Below are positions 42,117-51,972 of a DNA stretch of 64,000 bases, piece by piece (the first letter of the stretch is position 1; every line of letters starts with the position of its first letter). Source of the DNA: Candidatus Multivoradales bacterium (GTDB taxonomy: Bacteria; Acidobacteriota; Thermoanaerobaculia; Multivoradales; J023); contig CBDFLE010000006.1 of the NCBI GenBank assembly GCA_965248925.1, forward strand, positions 3,392,001 through 3,456,000. Direction: 5' to 3'. A program made the position numbers and the translations under genes. The notes under the pieces were generated by a model. It ran no database searches. It was not told where the DNA came from and saw nothing but the letters and a program-made list of their open reading frames with translations.

Positions 42117-42893
42117 TTAGGTAGTTTCACTTTCGCCATCATCTCTCAGTTGATCGCGAGCGGCGGTGACCAGGAAGACTTCACGATCCTTGTCATAGTC
42201 GAAAATCAAGGCTTGGCTGTTGCGGCGCAACTCGTTTGGCAGCCGGGCGCGCACCTGGAGCAACAGCGAAGCACCGTCATCGTGCAACTCTGCTTGGCCG
42301 AAGTTCTCATCGACCCGCTGGGTAGTGACCCGGCACAGCCGACCCACCAGTTCCCGGCGTCGCCGTGCCGGTGCCGGCACCATCAGCTTGCGCACCGGTT
42401 TGATCGCCACGGCGGTGGCCGTTACCGCCAGGGTGATCGCAGCGGCGGTCACCACCAGGGCCAAGACAGCGCCCTTCAACGCCAGCTGTTTCATCTGTGG
42501 CAACAGCTCCATGCCAGCATAAGTGAACAACCAGGCAAAGAAAATCAAGAGGCTGAAGGTGATTGAAACTGGCACCTCGCCAATCCCTAGCATGCCCATC
42601 AACCCGTGGTGCGAAGAACCGCCGTGAGCGCCATCTGCGCCGTCGGCAACCTCTCCCAGGCCTGCACCGAGACTCTCTCCCAAACCCTCTCCAAGAGCTT
42701 CGGCGGCACCCTCCGCAATCCCCTCGACTGCCCCTTCGGCGGCTCCCTCCAGGCCCTCCAACATGTCGAAGTTGAGACCGGTGAAGAAAGAGAGCAACCA
42801 GTAGAGGCTAATCAAGATCAGCAAAACGCTGAAGATCGCCGTCGGCAATGAGAAGGCGGCGTCGATGAATTCGCTGAGTGATTCGGGCATCAT
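42117..42893 (-). CDS. YqiJ/NfeD-like membrane protein with C-terminal OB fold
   Basis: N-terminal TM, Gly/Ala/Glu-rich linker, LGIGEVP, two TMs, GRLCRV...FGQAE. Confidence 0.85.
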   Translation of the reverse strand: MMPESLSEFIDAAFSLPTAIFSVLLILISLYWLLSFFTGLNFDMLEGLEGAAEGAVEGIAEGAAEALGEGLGESLGAGLGEVADGADGAHGGSSHHGLMGMLGIGEVPVSITFSLLIFFAWLFTYAGMELLPQMKQLALKGAVLALVVTAAAITLAVTATAVAIKPVRKLMVPAPARRRRELVGRLCRVTTQRVDENFGQAELHDDGASLLLQVRARLPNELRRNSQALIFDYDKDREVFLVTAARDQLRDDGESETT

Positions 42894-43103
42894 GATGTGG
42901 TGGCCGCCGCATGCCGGACCTCGAAGCAGGACTCGACCGAGTGGGACGATGGTCGCCGCGGCCTTGATCGACCGAATCTCAGTTCGCGAACCGGCTTGGT
43001 TTGAAGTACGGGGAACCGAACCGGGCTATTCGCCGGCTGGACGAGGAGCAGCGCGGGGATGGCGATGGCTGCCGCTCCTGCGCTGGTGATCAACCTCTGC
43101 TCC

Positions 43104-45383
43104 TCAGTAGCCCCACTCTGGCCACAGGGCTTCGGTGCCGGTGACCTTGCCCAGGCCCTCACAGTACATCCGCATGGTTTCCACCAGACCGGGCTCGAGC
43201 ACATGCTTGCCCTCGGCAGTGCGGCGGAAAAGGTGTTTCCAGGTCTCCAGCGTGCCCAGCTCGATCTGACGGCCGCGGAGCTGGTCGGTCAGCCGCCCCA
43301 GGCGATAAAGCAGCGCCACCGTACCGCAGGTGGTGAAATACGAACCAGCTTTCAGGGAGTCGATCCACTCTGCGAGATCGGTGGCGCTGGTGAAGCGGTG
43401 TACCGAGTCTGCGAGTTCCGGGGAAGGTTCGGTGGCGCAGCTGACCAAGGCATGGGGCCGCAGGTCGAGGAAGCCGTTGTTGCTGATCACCCAATCGCGG
43501 ATGACGGCGATCTCAAGGTTGAGCGGTTCGGCGACTTGGGCCAAAGTGCGGTGTAGGTCGCCGGAGTTGCTCATCGCGAGGTCTAGTGGCGCCAAGTAGG
43601 GGCCGACCAGGAGTCGATTGGCATCGCTGTCCGGTTGCTGATAGACGATGGGCGTACCTAATGAGGTGATCGTTTGAATGTAGTCGCGGATTGCGTCGGT
43701 GACCTGTTTGAGGAAATGGTCGCGGCCGGGTCGATCACTTTCGGTCGCTGGAGCCTCGAGGCCGAGCAGGCGGCCGGTCGCGGCGGGGCTGTCGATTTCG
43801 CAAAGTTGGCCGAAGAGGTTTGCCAGCCGGCTGGGATCGAGATCTTCGAGATTCTCGAAGCAGGGTAGCGCGGTGTGCTGCCAGAAGAAGCTCTCGAGGT
43901 CCGTCGCTGCCTCGTTCAGCAGTCCATCGTCAAACTCATCGAGGTGCCGGGCGAGGTCCAGCAGCCGCAGCAGCAACATCAGCAGGCCGAGTTCATGCAG
44001 CCGTGCTTGGTGGGTCGACGAGCCCAAAGCCTGGAAAGCCTGCGGGCAGAAGGTCCCCAGATGGGCGCGTTCGAGTTCAGGAGTATTTGCTAGCAAGCGC
44101 AGGGCGAAAGCGGCGTTCTCAGTCTCTTCGTAGTACGAGATCTTGTCTTGGAACCAATCGCGGCGACGCTCGGTGCCAAATACCGCGTGGCGCACCAGCA
44201 CGACAGCGAGTTCTTCCGGGATCGCCACCTTCATGACGTTGTAGAGGGCAACGCAGTTGGCGACCGAGAATAGGCCGTTCTCGCCTGAGCGTACCGCGGC
44301 GTCGACCCGCAGCTCGCGGCCGGCGCCAAAGTTCAAGCGTTGAAGGGCGGTGCCATCGATGGGCACCTGTGCGGTGGGGTAGAGGCGGATCTTGCCGCTC
44401 TCCAAATCGCTCGCAGGCAGCACTGGCTGGTCGCTATTGGCGATCGACGATAGGCCCCGATGCACCGCCCGGCCCAGCGCTAGTTGGCAGTTGAAGTCCA
44501 CTGTATCGATGCCGATCGCCGCGGCGGTCACCAGAGCGTCGAAACCGTTGTCCAGATACAACTGGGTGAGGTCGTCGGCGAAGAACTTCTTGTCGACCAG
44601 CTTCTTGCCCAGGGCGCTGTGGGCAAAGCCCAGACGAATCTCAGGGACGACACCATCGACCCGGTACATGCCACCGACCGCGGTAGTGTGGGCGATCACC
44701 ACATAGCGGGCATGCTGCTGCTGGATCTCGGCCAGGCCGCTGACAAAACGATGCAGGTATTGCGTCTTGATGCGCTGCGGGACTCGGTGGTCGACAACGT
44801 TCTCAGTGGCGATCAGCCGATCGATCACCCCCAGGGTGTAGGTGGCCACGGAGGGCAGCGGAATTGCCACCACCACAGCGTGCAGCAGGTGGTCGTCGAG
44901 GCCGCGGACGAACTCCAGGAAGGGTTGGGGCTGGGCCAGGAAGTAGCTGACCATGGACCTCTCTAAGTCGAAACGGTCTCCTTGCTCAAGTCGCGCCGCC
45001 TGTAGGTTCTGAACCAAGTTCTCCGGCAATGCCAAATGCAGCAGCGAGAAATGCAGGTCGATACAGCTGTCGACTCGGTAGTGCTGTCGGGGCTCGATTT
45101 CTTCGACCGTGGTCAGCCTTCCCATGGCTAGACGCAGCCGTTGCGCGAACAGATCGATCTCCTCGGTGGTTGAGCCGGTGGCATGGACCTCGACCCGCAG
45201 TTGCTGCGGCCTGAAGCGCTTCGAGCGCAGGCTCAACCGGCAGAGTTCGAGGATGGTCGCCCCACCCACCGCGCCGGTACCACCGAAGATCACCAGGCGG
45301 ATCGGCTCGTCTTCGCCACCGGGTAAGAGGCGATGTGCAAGCAGGTGTTCCAGGGATTCGAACTCGTGATACAGCGTCCGCAT
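43104..45383 (-). CDS. Hypothetical 759-aa protein with N-terminal Rossmann (atypical SDR-like) motif
   Basis: RLVIFGGTGAVGGAT; long ORF; TAGAAT -10-like hexamer just upstream. Confidence 0.8.
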   Translation of the reverse strand: MRTLYHEFESLEHLLAHRLLPGGEDEPIRLVIFGGTGAVGGATILELCRLSLRSKRFRPQQLRVEVHATGSTTEEIDLFAQRLRLAMGRLTTVEEIEPRQHYRVDSCIDLHFSLLHLALPENLVQNLQAARLEQGDRFDLERSMVSYFLAQPQPFLEFVRGLDDHLLHAVVVAIPLPSVATYTLGVIDRLIATENVVDHRVPQRIKTQYLHRFVSGLAEIQQQHARYVVIAHTTAVGGMYRVDGVVPEIRLGFAHSALGKKLVDKKFFADDLTQLYLDNGFDALVTAAAIGIDTVDFNCQLALGRAVHRGLSSIANSDQPVLPASDLESGKIRLYPTAQVPIDGTALQRLNFGAGRELRVDAAVRSGENGLFSVANCVALYNVMKVAIPEELAVVLVRHAVFGTERRRDWFQDKISYYEETENAAFALRLLANTPELERAHLGTFCPQAFQALGSSTHQARLHELGLLMLLLRLLDLARHLDEFDDGLLNEAATDLESFFWQHTALPCFENLEDLDPSRLANLFGQLCEIDSPAATGRLLGLEAPATESDRPGRDHFLKQVTDAIRDYIQTITSLGTPIVYQQPDSDANRLLVGPYLAPLDLAMSNSGDLHRTLAQVAEPLNLEIAVIRDWVISNNGFLDLRPHALVSCATEPSPELADSVHRFTSATDLAEWIDSLKAGSYFTTCGTVALLYRLGRLTDQLRGRQIELGTLETWKHLFRRTAEGKHVLEPGLVETMRMYCEGLGKVTGTEALWPEWGY

Positions 45384-45451
45384 TATGTGTTCCCATTCTA
45401 GTATCGAGTTTGATGCCGATCATAGCCGCAGAGGGGGATCTTGAGAAGGGT

Positions 45452-47968
45452 TCAGGGTAGCGAAGACGGACCTTGCCTCGGTGATGGGTACCGTGACGAG
45501 CGGTGCGCTGAGCGCTCTTCTACAGAACCTCGCGCCAGGTGTTCCATCAAATAGCGATGAGCAAAGATGTAACCACCGCCCACCCGGCGTAGTAAGCCGC
45601 TGCGGCATTGGTCTTCGAGGAAGTTCACCAGCCTGGCCGGTACTTTGCCGCGCAGCCGCAGCAGGGCGCGCAAGGAGAGGTGTTTCAGCAGGTCGAAGCC
45701 ACCGAACCAAAGACTTCCCAAGCCGCCCGCGATCGCGGGTAGGGTGACTTTCATCTCGCCGAGGCGGACCGCCAGGCGCAGGGGTTGGCCATGCCAGCTC
45801 TGTAGCCCGCGCGCTAGCAGGCCGGCGGAGAGAACCGCCCCAGCCAACAGCAGGCCGCCGACTAGGGCATTGCGGGCTGACAGCCAAATGCCTTGGTTGG
45901 GTCGAACAGAGCGCTCGACCCGGCGGCCCAGAAGGCCGAGCCAGACGGCGCCGAAACAACCTAGCACCAGCATCGCGTGCAGGAATTCCCAGGCCCAGGA
46001 GCCTGGTGCGGCGGCGCTGTCAGGGTGGAGGAGATTCAGCCAGGCGATCACCAAGAGGCGCAGAATCGCTCCCACCAGGGCGCCGAGCAGCGCCCCGCGC
46101 AGCGCCTCACGCCACGACCAGACCAATGCCTCGACGGTGGCGATGTCGCGCTCGGGTCCGCGGTGCCAGCCGTTCAGGCCGAAGATCAGCAGGAAGCACA
46201 GGCCGGGTCCCAAGATCGCTGAGAGCGGAATGGTGCCGTCCAAAGTATTCGACACTTGGCTAGAGATCGCCACCACCAGCAAGACAGAGGCGAGGAGATA
46301 GATCGCGGCCGCCCAGCGTCGCCCCGTCAACTGGAGCCGCCACCAGAGGCTGTCGAGGACGGCGATTGCCAAGCCTCCCAGGACGCCGGTGATCAGCGGC
46401 GCTAGCGGAAGCCTGTCGGGGAACCTCTGCCAGTAGACCACTAGCCAACAAGTTGCCATCATCAAGCTGGCGGCGAGCCGCGAGATCGCCAGGTAGACCA
46501 GCCGTTCCCCGGTACTGTCTAACCAGCTGGGTTGCAAACACTCCAAGTGCAGGATCGACTGGTTGTGATCGAGCATGCTGCGCGCCAACCAGCCGAGCCC
46601 GGCGGGCTGGCGGGTGACGCTCTCGCCCCTGCTGTCGCGGTGTTCAATCAGCCTGTCGATGAAGAGACCGACTAGGGTACGGCGTTCGTCTTCGAGGTCA
46701 AGAGGGGAAGATTGGTTGGATCTTTCGACGTAGGCACGGCTGATCCAGCGCAACATCAGCGGCGAGTCGAGCAGCTCTAGGCGGGGTGAGTCGGGCCGGG
46801 TCAATTCGCTGAGGTCGGCACCGGGGTGGTGGGCGCGCAGAAAATCGATGGCCTGTCGGCTGTCGATGGGTTCTAGCCCCACCGCCGCGCCGAGCCGCAA
46901 GGGTCGGTCCGCGCCGTCTTTGCAGGTTGTCGCCAGCCGGTACTCGGCGCTGCGGCAGGTCAAGGCGACCGCCGCGAAGCCCTGTTGGTTACGAAAGCGG
47001 TTGATCGCTTCGACCGACCGCCGTCGGCTGTCGGCGGCCACCTCATCGAGACCGTCCAGTAAGAGCATCAGGTGATTGGCGAGCAGCCAGCGGCGGCCGA
47101 CCGCGGCTGGCACCTGGTAGCGCATGCCGAGCTCTTCGACCACCCAGTCGAGCAGCTCACCGCGGCGCCAGGAAGCCAAGCGCAGGACCACCGGGATGGG
47201 TTCTGCGAGATCCCCCCGCGCTTGGGCGATGGCGTGCCGAGCAAGCATTAGCAGGGCGGTGGTTTTTCCGCTGCCGGGTTCGCCGAGGATCAGCAGGGCG
47301 CGGCCTGAGTCTTCGAACAGCTGCGGCAACTCGCTAATTTCTGAACTTTCGCCGACCTCCTGCTCACTCAGTTTCAGCCGCCAGGGCTGAAAGACGGCTC
47401 GCGCCAGCCGCCGCATGCGCAAGTCGAGGCTGGGAGTGACCAGCGTTTCCTTGAGCAGGCTAACGATCCAGAAGCGCTCGACCTTGTCGAGCAGGATGAG
47501 TTGTTGCTGGCGCTCACGCCGATGTTCGCGGCGGCGTTCGCCACCGTGGCGGCGTTCCTCAGCGAGGTCGTTGGAGAGCACGTTGTCGGCTTGGGAGTCG
47601 CTGACCCGCTGGGGAGAAGTGTCGGTGTTGCTTGCTGGTGCTGGCTGGACCCGTGCCACCAGCCGGTAGCCGCGTTTGGGTACGGTCTGGATGTATTTCG
47701 GCTGACGAGCGTCGTCGCCGAAGGCCCTGCGCAACTCCCAGATGCAGTGAGTCAGCACCGCCTCGCCGACAAACGAATCGCCCCACACCGCGCTTAGCAG
47801 TTCCTCCCGTGAGCGGACTCGGCCCTCTTCTTCAATCAACTCCAGCAGCAGGGCAGCAGACTTTGGATGCAGGCGTTGTTGGCGATCACCTAGCGTGCCG
47901 TAGTCGGTCGACAGCTCTCCAGCGGCGGGGTCAAAGCGCCAGGTTCCGACAAGAATTTCGCTCGACAA
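45452..47968 (-). CDS. OmpR/CadC-type winged-helix - NACHT NTPase - multipass membrane protein
   Basis: wHTH SREELLSAVW...IWELRRAFGDD...IQTVPKRGYRL; Walker A GEPGSGKTT; Walker B LLLDGLDEV; ~7 TMs; C-terminal LRRVGGGYIFAHRYL. Confidence 0.9.
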   Translation of the reverse strand: MSSEILVGTWRFDPAAGELSTDYGTLGDRQQRLHPKSAALLLELIEEEGRVRSREELLSAVWGDSFVGEAVLTHCIWELRRAFGDDARQPKYIQTVPKRGYRLVARVQPAPASNTDTSPQRVSDSQADNVLSNDLAEERRHGGERRREHRRERQQQLILLDKVERFWIVSLLKETLVTPSLDLRMRRLARAVFQPWRLKLSEQEVGESSEISELPQLFEDSGRALLILGEPGSGKTTALLMLARHAIAQARGDLAEPIPVVLRLASWRRGELLDWVVEELGMRYQVPAAVGRRWLLANHLMLLLDGLDEVAADSRRRSVEAINRFRNQQGFAAVALTCRSAEYRLATTCKDGADRPLRLGAAVGLEPIDSRQAIDFLRAHHPGADLSELTRPDSPRLELLDSPLMLRWISRAYVERSNQSSPLDLEDERRTLVGLFIDRLIEHRDSRGESVTRQPAGLGWLARSMLDHNQSILHLECLQPSWLDSTGERLVYLAISRLAASLMMATCWLVVYWQRFPDRLPLAPLITGVLGGLAIAVLDSLWWRLQLTGRRWAAAIYLLASVLLVVAISSQVSNTLDGTIPLSAILGPGLCFLLIFGLNGWHRGPERDIATVEALVWSWREALRGALLGALVGAILRLLVIAWLNLLHPDSAAAPGSWAWEFLHAMLVLGCFGAVWLGLLGRRVERSVRPNQGIWLSARNALVGGLLLAGAVLSAGLLARGLQSWHGQPLRLAVRLGEMKVTLPAIAGGLGSLWFGGFDLLKHLSLRALLRLRGKVPARLVNFLEDQCRSGLLRRVGGGYIFAHRYLMEHLARGSVEERSAHRSSRYPSPRQGPSSLP

Positions 47969-48202
47969 GATCCACTACCACTCGGTCGCTCATCTGCTTA
48001 GGAAGATAAATAAGCTACCACGGGTCATAGCGAGCAAGGGGTTTGGGGGCTGCTCTTGGTGGTCCAGATATTCCTCAGATGTTGTTCAGAGGACTTTCTG
48101 GTCGCCTTGGTTTCCAATTTGAGGCATCCGGTCGCCCGGCCCGTGGCTTGGCGATCACCCACCCAACGAGGACCCGCTCGCAGGGTCGAATTCAGGAGGT
48201 AC

Positions 48203-48493
48203 ATGATGTCCGGAACGATGATCAACGGCTTTGTCAACAACCAAGGTGTCGCTGCAACCGGCGACAAATACACATCCGCTCTACTGTCGCCCACCAATCC
48301 CTACATGGTGGCCGTGACCTTTAAGAACTCGTTCAGCGCCAGCAAGCCGCCGATTGGCGTGGCGACGCCGAATGGCAACAGCAACGGTCAGACCTGTTCG
48401 ATTCAGGTGGCCAACACCAGCCTGACTTTCCAGGCCGAAGAACCGACGCCCTTCTCTTTCATCGTCACCGACAAGGGACTGGGCTACTACTGA
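48203..48493 (+). CDS. Small beta-rich hypothetical protein (96 aa)
   Basis: AGGAGGT RBS; high GC3 codon use; downstream hairpin. Confidence 0.8.
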   Translation: MMSGTMINGFVNNQGVAATGDKYTSALLSPTNPYMVAVTFKNSFSASKPPIGVATPNGNSNGQTCSIQVANTSLTFQAEEPTPFSFIVTDKGLGYY

Positions 48494-48507
48494 TCCGGGA
48501 GGCGGTG

Positions 48508-48542
48508 GGGCGACCGGGACCCGAGAAGTTCCCGGTCACCCC
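48508..48542 (+). terminator. GC-rich hairpin after the small gene (terminator or stabiliser; no U tract)
   Basis: GACCGGGA (48512-19) pairs with TCCCGGTC (48530-37). Confidence 0.45.
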
Positions 48543-48637
48543 TGCCTTGCTTGCCGGCCAAACCCGCGCGGTCGTAATTTCGTAGCCAGGGAGATGAAGA
48601 GCCGCTCATCGACCCGCCGCAATCCTGGAGCCTGAAG

Positions 48638-50056
48638 ATGCCGATCGCCGCCTGGTTGTTGTTTGCCTCCCTGCAGTTCACCGTTACTGATCCAGTGGCC
48701 GAGCCTCCCGCCGAGGGGCGCACGTTCGTCGTGGGCGAGTTGGTCGAAGGGGTCGAATGTCGCAGCGATCCGAGCCAGACTTACACCCTCTATCTACCCT
48801 CGGCCTACACCCATGAGCAGCGCTGGCCGGCGCTTTTGATTCTCGACCCTCGCGGCCGTTCGAAGATTGCCGCCGAGCTTTTCCGCCAGGCCGCCGAAGA
48901 CTACGGCTGGATCTTGATGAGTTCCAACGACACTCGCAGCGACGGGCCGATGGAGCCCAACGTCAAAGCGCTGGCGGCCCTGTGGCCAGAAGTCCACCGA
49001 CGCTTCGCCACCGACCCCCAACGGATCTACTCCAGCGGTTTTTCCGGCGGGGCGATGTTGAGTTGGGATCTGGCGCGGCAGGTGGGTGGTATTGCTGGGG
49101 TGATCGCCGCCGGGGGCCGTTTTCAGGGCAGTGAATTCCAGACCGAGTTGGATTTCCCCAGTTGGGGTGCGGTCGGCACCACCGACTTCAACTACTCCGA
49201 GATGCGGCGGGTACATCAGCTCTTCGACCATTGGGGCGCTCCCGAGCGACTCGAAGTATTCAAGGGAAGACATAGTTGGATGCCGCCCGAGTTAGCCCGG
49301 CAAGCGATCGAATGGATGGAGCTGCAAGCGATGAAGCAAGACCTACGGCCCCGCGACCCGGCCCTGGTCGAGCGCCTCTACGCCGCCGACTTGGATGCTG
49401 CCGAGGCCCTGCTGGCCGCCGGCGAGGAGCTAGCCGCGGCCCGCCGCTTCGCAGCCGTCGCCGCCACTTTCGAGGGCCTACGACCTGTCGAGCAAGTCAC
49501 CACTCGTGCGACTGAACTCGATCGCCGGCCAGCGGTCAAGAAAGCGCGCCGTGATGAGAAGCGTTGGGATGCCTACGAACTCAAGCACCGCGACCGCCTC
49601 ACCCTGGCCATCGGCCACCTGCGCCAGGCCGAGGAGCCGGTGCTCGCCGCTCGCTTTGCCGCCGAGTTGGGCATCCCCGAGTTGCGCCAGAAGATTGCCC
49701 GCGGCGGCTACCAGGCGGTGATGGCGCAGCGGGTGCTGGAGACTATCTTCACCAACACCTCCTTCTACCTGATGCGCGACTTCTTCCAGGCTGGCGACTA
49801 CCGCGCCGGGGCGACCGTGCTAGAGGTCGCCGTTGGCATCCACCCTGAGCGCCGGGACCTCTGGTACAACCTGGCCTGCGCCCGTGCCCGGAGCGGTCGC
49901 CCCGAGCCGGCCATCGACGCTCTTGAGCAGGCCATCGAGCGGGGGTTTGTTCATCAGAGCCATATTGAGCGGGATGCGGATCTCAAGTCACTGCGGGGGC
50001 GGGCGCGGTATCGGCAGCTGATCGATGGGTTGGAGTCAGCGGGAGGCGGTGATTAG
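48638..50056 (+). CDS. Exported alpha/beta hydrolase (esterase-like) with C-terminal TPR
   Basis: YTLYLP, GFSGG, TTDFN, GRHSW; YNLACARAR...DADLKSLR TPR-end motif. Confidence 0.85.
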   Translation: MPIAAWLLFASLQFTVTDPVAEPPAEGRTFVVGELVEGVECRSDPSQTYTLYLPSAYTHEQRWPALLILDPRGRSKIAAELFRQAAEDYGWILMSSNDTRSDGPMEPNVKALAALWPEVHRRFATDPQRIYSSGFSGGAMLSWDLARQVGGIAGVIAAGGRFQGSEFQTELDFPSWGAVGTTDFNYSEMRRVHQLFDHWGAPERLEVFKGRHSWMPPELARQAIEWMELQAMKQDLRPRDPALVERLYAADLDAAEALLAAGEELAAARRFAAVAATFEGLRPVEQVTTRATELDRRPAVKKARRDEKRWDAYELKHRDRLTLAIGHLRQAEEPVLAARFAAELGIPELRQKIARGGYQAVMAQRVLETIFTNTSFYLMRDFFQAGDYRAGATVLEVAVGIHPERRDLWYNLACARARSGRPEPAIDALEQAIERGFVHQSHIERDADLKSLRGRARYRQLIDGLESAGGGD

Positions 50057-50685
50057 ATCAGACGCCACTCTTTCAATATTGATATAACCGTTGGCAAGGG
50101 CTTCAGCCAAAGCCACTCCACCCGCAGCCAGAATCCCTCGAGCACGGTGCTGTGAAAGACCCCGTCGGCGTCGACGGGTTGTAGCACAAAGATCGCGGCA
50201 TCGTCTCGGCGATAAAATTCGGCTTGCTGGCGCAGGGGGTCAAGGAGCCAGTACTCCTGCACTCCACCTTGCTCGTATTCGTAAAACTTGTCGCCCCGGT
50301 CGCGGGCTCGGCTGTCGCGGCTGACGATCTCAACGGCGATGTCGGCCGGGCCGGCCAGGTGAGAGTTGCGTAAGCGGTCGGCGTGCTTCTGGCTGAGGAA
50401 GAGCACGTCTGGCTCTCTACCGGGGAGATCCGGCGCCGTCTTCATCTGAAACGGGGCAGGTCGTACTTGCCCAAGTTGCCGGTCTTGGGCGAAGACTCGC
50501 AGCAGGGCGGTCAAAAAGGCGACCAAATCTTGATGTGCATCAGAAGCGGGCGACAAAACTATGACCTCCCCATCAATCCACTCAGCGTGGACATACTCAT
50601 CCGCCTGAGCGAGGAATTCCTCATAAGTGACTCTGCACTCGGAAACAGGGTCTTGCAGATTTTTCAGAGCTTGTGCCACAGTCAA
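50053..50685 (-). CDS. Uma2/DUF820 family endonuclease
   Basis: EWIDGEV, REPDVLF, IAVEIVS and DKFYEYEQGGVQEYWLLDP motifs. Confidence 0.92.
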   Translation of the reverse strand: MTVAQALKNLQDPVSECRVTYEEFLAQADEYVHAEWIDGEVIVLSPASDAHQDLVAFLTALLRVFAQDRQLGQVRPAPFQMKTAPDLPGREPDVLFLSQKHADRLRNSHLAGPADIAVEIVSRDSRARDRGDKFYEYEQGGVQEYWLLDPLRQQAEFYRRDDAAIFVLQPVDADGVFHSTVLEGFWLRVEWLWLKPLPTVISILKEWRLI

Positions 50686-50743
50686 ATTCCACTACGGTCG
50701 AGGCTCTATCCTAGCCGATCGTGGCCGCAGGCCCGCCTTTTCC

Positions 50744-51958
50744 TCAATTCACCCAACTGCCCGCGACCGCCTCCACCGGCTGGTTGGCTCGCCGCCCGGC
50801 GAGAATGTCTACCGCTTCGGACAAGCCGTCCAGGGTCAGCTCGAGCATCGGGAAGACGCTGCGCACCAGCCGGGCGCTGGGGGCGTTCCAGACTCGGGGA
50901 GGTTCGGGATTGAGCCATACGGAGCTGGGGCATTTCTGGCGGATGCGCTGGAGCCAGTCCAGGCCGGTGACTCTGTTGTGCTGGAAAAGGTCGATGGCGC
51001 CGCCGACGTGGGTGAGTTCGAAAGGGCTCATCCAGGCGTCGCCGACCATGATGACTGACCAGCCGTGGTCGATGCGCTTGAGCACCTCGGCAGTGGGCTC
51101 GCCGCGGCGGTGGTACATGTCGGTGTAGAGGTGCTCGTAGACGCAGTTGTGAAACAGGCGGATTTCGAGTTTCTTGAAGTGGTTGGCGGCGTGGGCGGCG
51201 CTGAATAAACGCTCGCTGAGGTTGGCGTGGGGGTCCATCGAGCCGCCGACATCGATCAGCAGCAGCAATTTGAAGCGGTTCTTGCGCTCGGGGCCGAAGA
51301 TCAGGTCGAGCTCGCCGCCGTTGCGGGCGCAATCGTCGATGGTGGCGTCGAGGTCGAGGATTTCGGGTCCCTCGCTCTTGTCCAGGCGGCGCAGGCGGCG
51401 CAGTGCCATGCCGATCTGGCGGGTGTCGAGCACCCGGTCGCTGCGCAGGTTCTTGAAGCGTCGTTGGTCGGCTACTTGCACCGCCGAACGGCCACCACCG
51501 CCACCGCCTATGCGAATGCCCGCCGGGTTGCTGCCGCCGTGGCCAAAGGGCGAAGTGCCGCCGGTGCCGATCCAGCGGTCGCCGCCGTCGTGGCGCTCTT
51601 TCTGTTCTGCCAAGCGCTCCTTGAATTTGTCGCGTAACTCCTCGAAGTCAAGGGCTTTGAGCGCCGCCAGCTCGTCGTCGCTGAGCTTCCGGGGCAGCTC
51701 TGGATTGGCCAGCCATTGGAGCAGCTCCTTATCGATCTCGAAATGGGCTTCGAGGCCGCGGAAGTGGCTGGCGAAGGCGCGGTCGTAGAGGTCGTATTGG
51801 GTTTCCCGCTTGACCAGCAGCGCTCGTGCCAGATGGTAGAAGGCGCCCAGGTCGGCCCGCACATGGCCGGCGGCCAGAGCCCGCATCAGGGTTAGCCATT
51901 CGGTCACGCTGACTTTCAGCCCGTGGCCGCGTAGGTGGTAGAAGAAGTCGGTGAACAT
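50744..51958 (-). CDS. VWA domain protein (CoxE-like partner of MoxR)
   Basis: WIGTGGTSPFG, DVGGSM, FHNCVY, VGDA and WLNP motifs. Confidence 0.9.
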   Translation of the reverse strand: MFTDFFYHLRGHGLKVSVTEWLTLMRALAAGHVRADLGAFYHLARALLVKRETQYDLYDRAFASHFRGLEAHFEIDKELLQWLANPELPRKLSDDELAALKALDFEELRDKFKERLAEQKERHDGGDRWIGTGGTSPFGHGGSNPAGIRIGGGGGGRSAVQVADQRRFKNLRSDRVLDTRQIGMALRRLRRLDKSEGPEILDLDATIDDCARNGGELDLIFGPERKNRFKLLLLIDVGGSMDPHANLSERLFSAAHAANHFKKLEIRLFHNCVYEHLYTDMYHRRGEPTAEVLKRIDHGWSVIMVGDAWMSPFELTHVGGAIDLFQHNRVTGLDWLQRIRQKCPSSVWLNPEPPRVWNAPSARLVRSVFPMLELTLDGLSEAVDILAGRRANQPVEAVAGSWVN

Positions 51959-51972
51959 GGCTGCTTGGCTGT

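Noticed and set aside
42044-43029. ACCGGGCTAT repeated upstream of both flotillin and the yqiJ-like gene
   Set aside because: Only 10 bp and two copies; cannot be distinguished from chance without a genome scan
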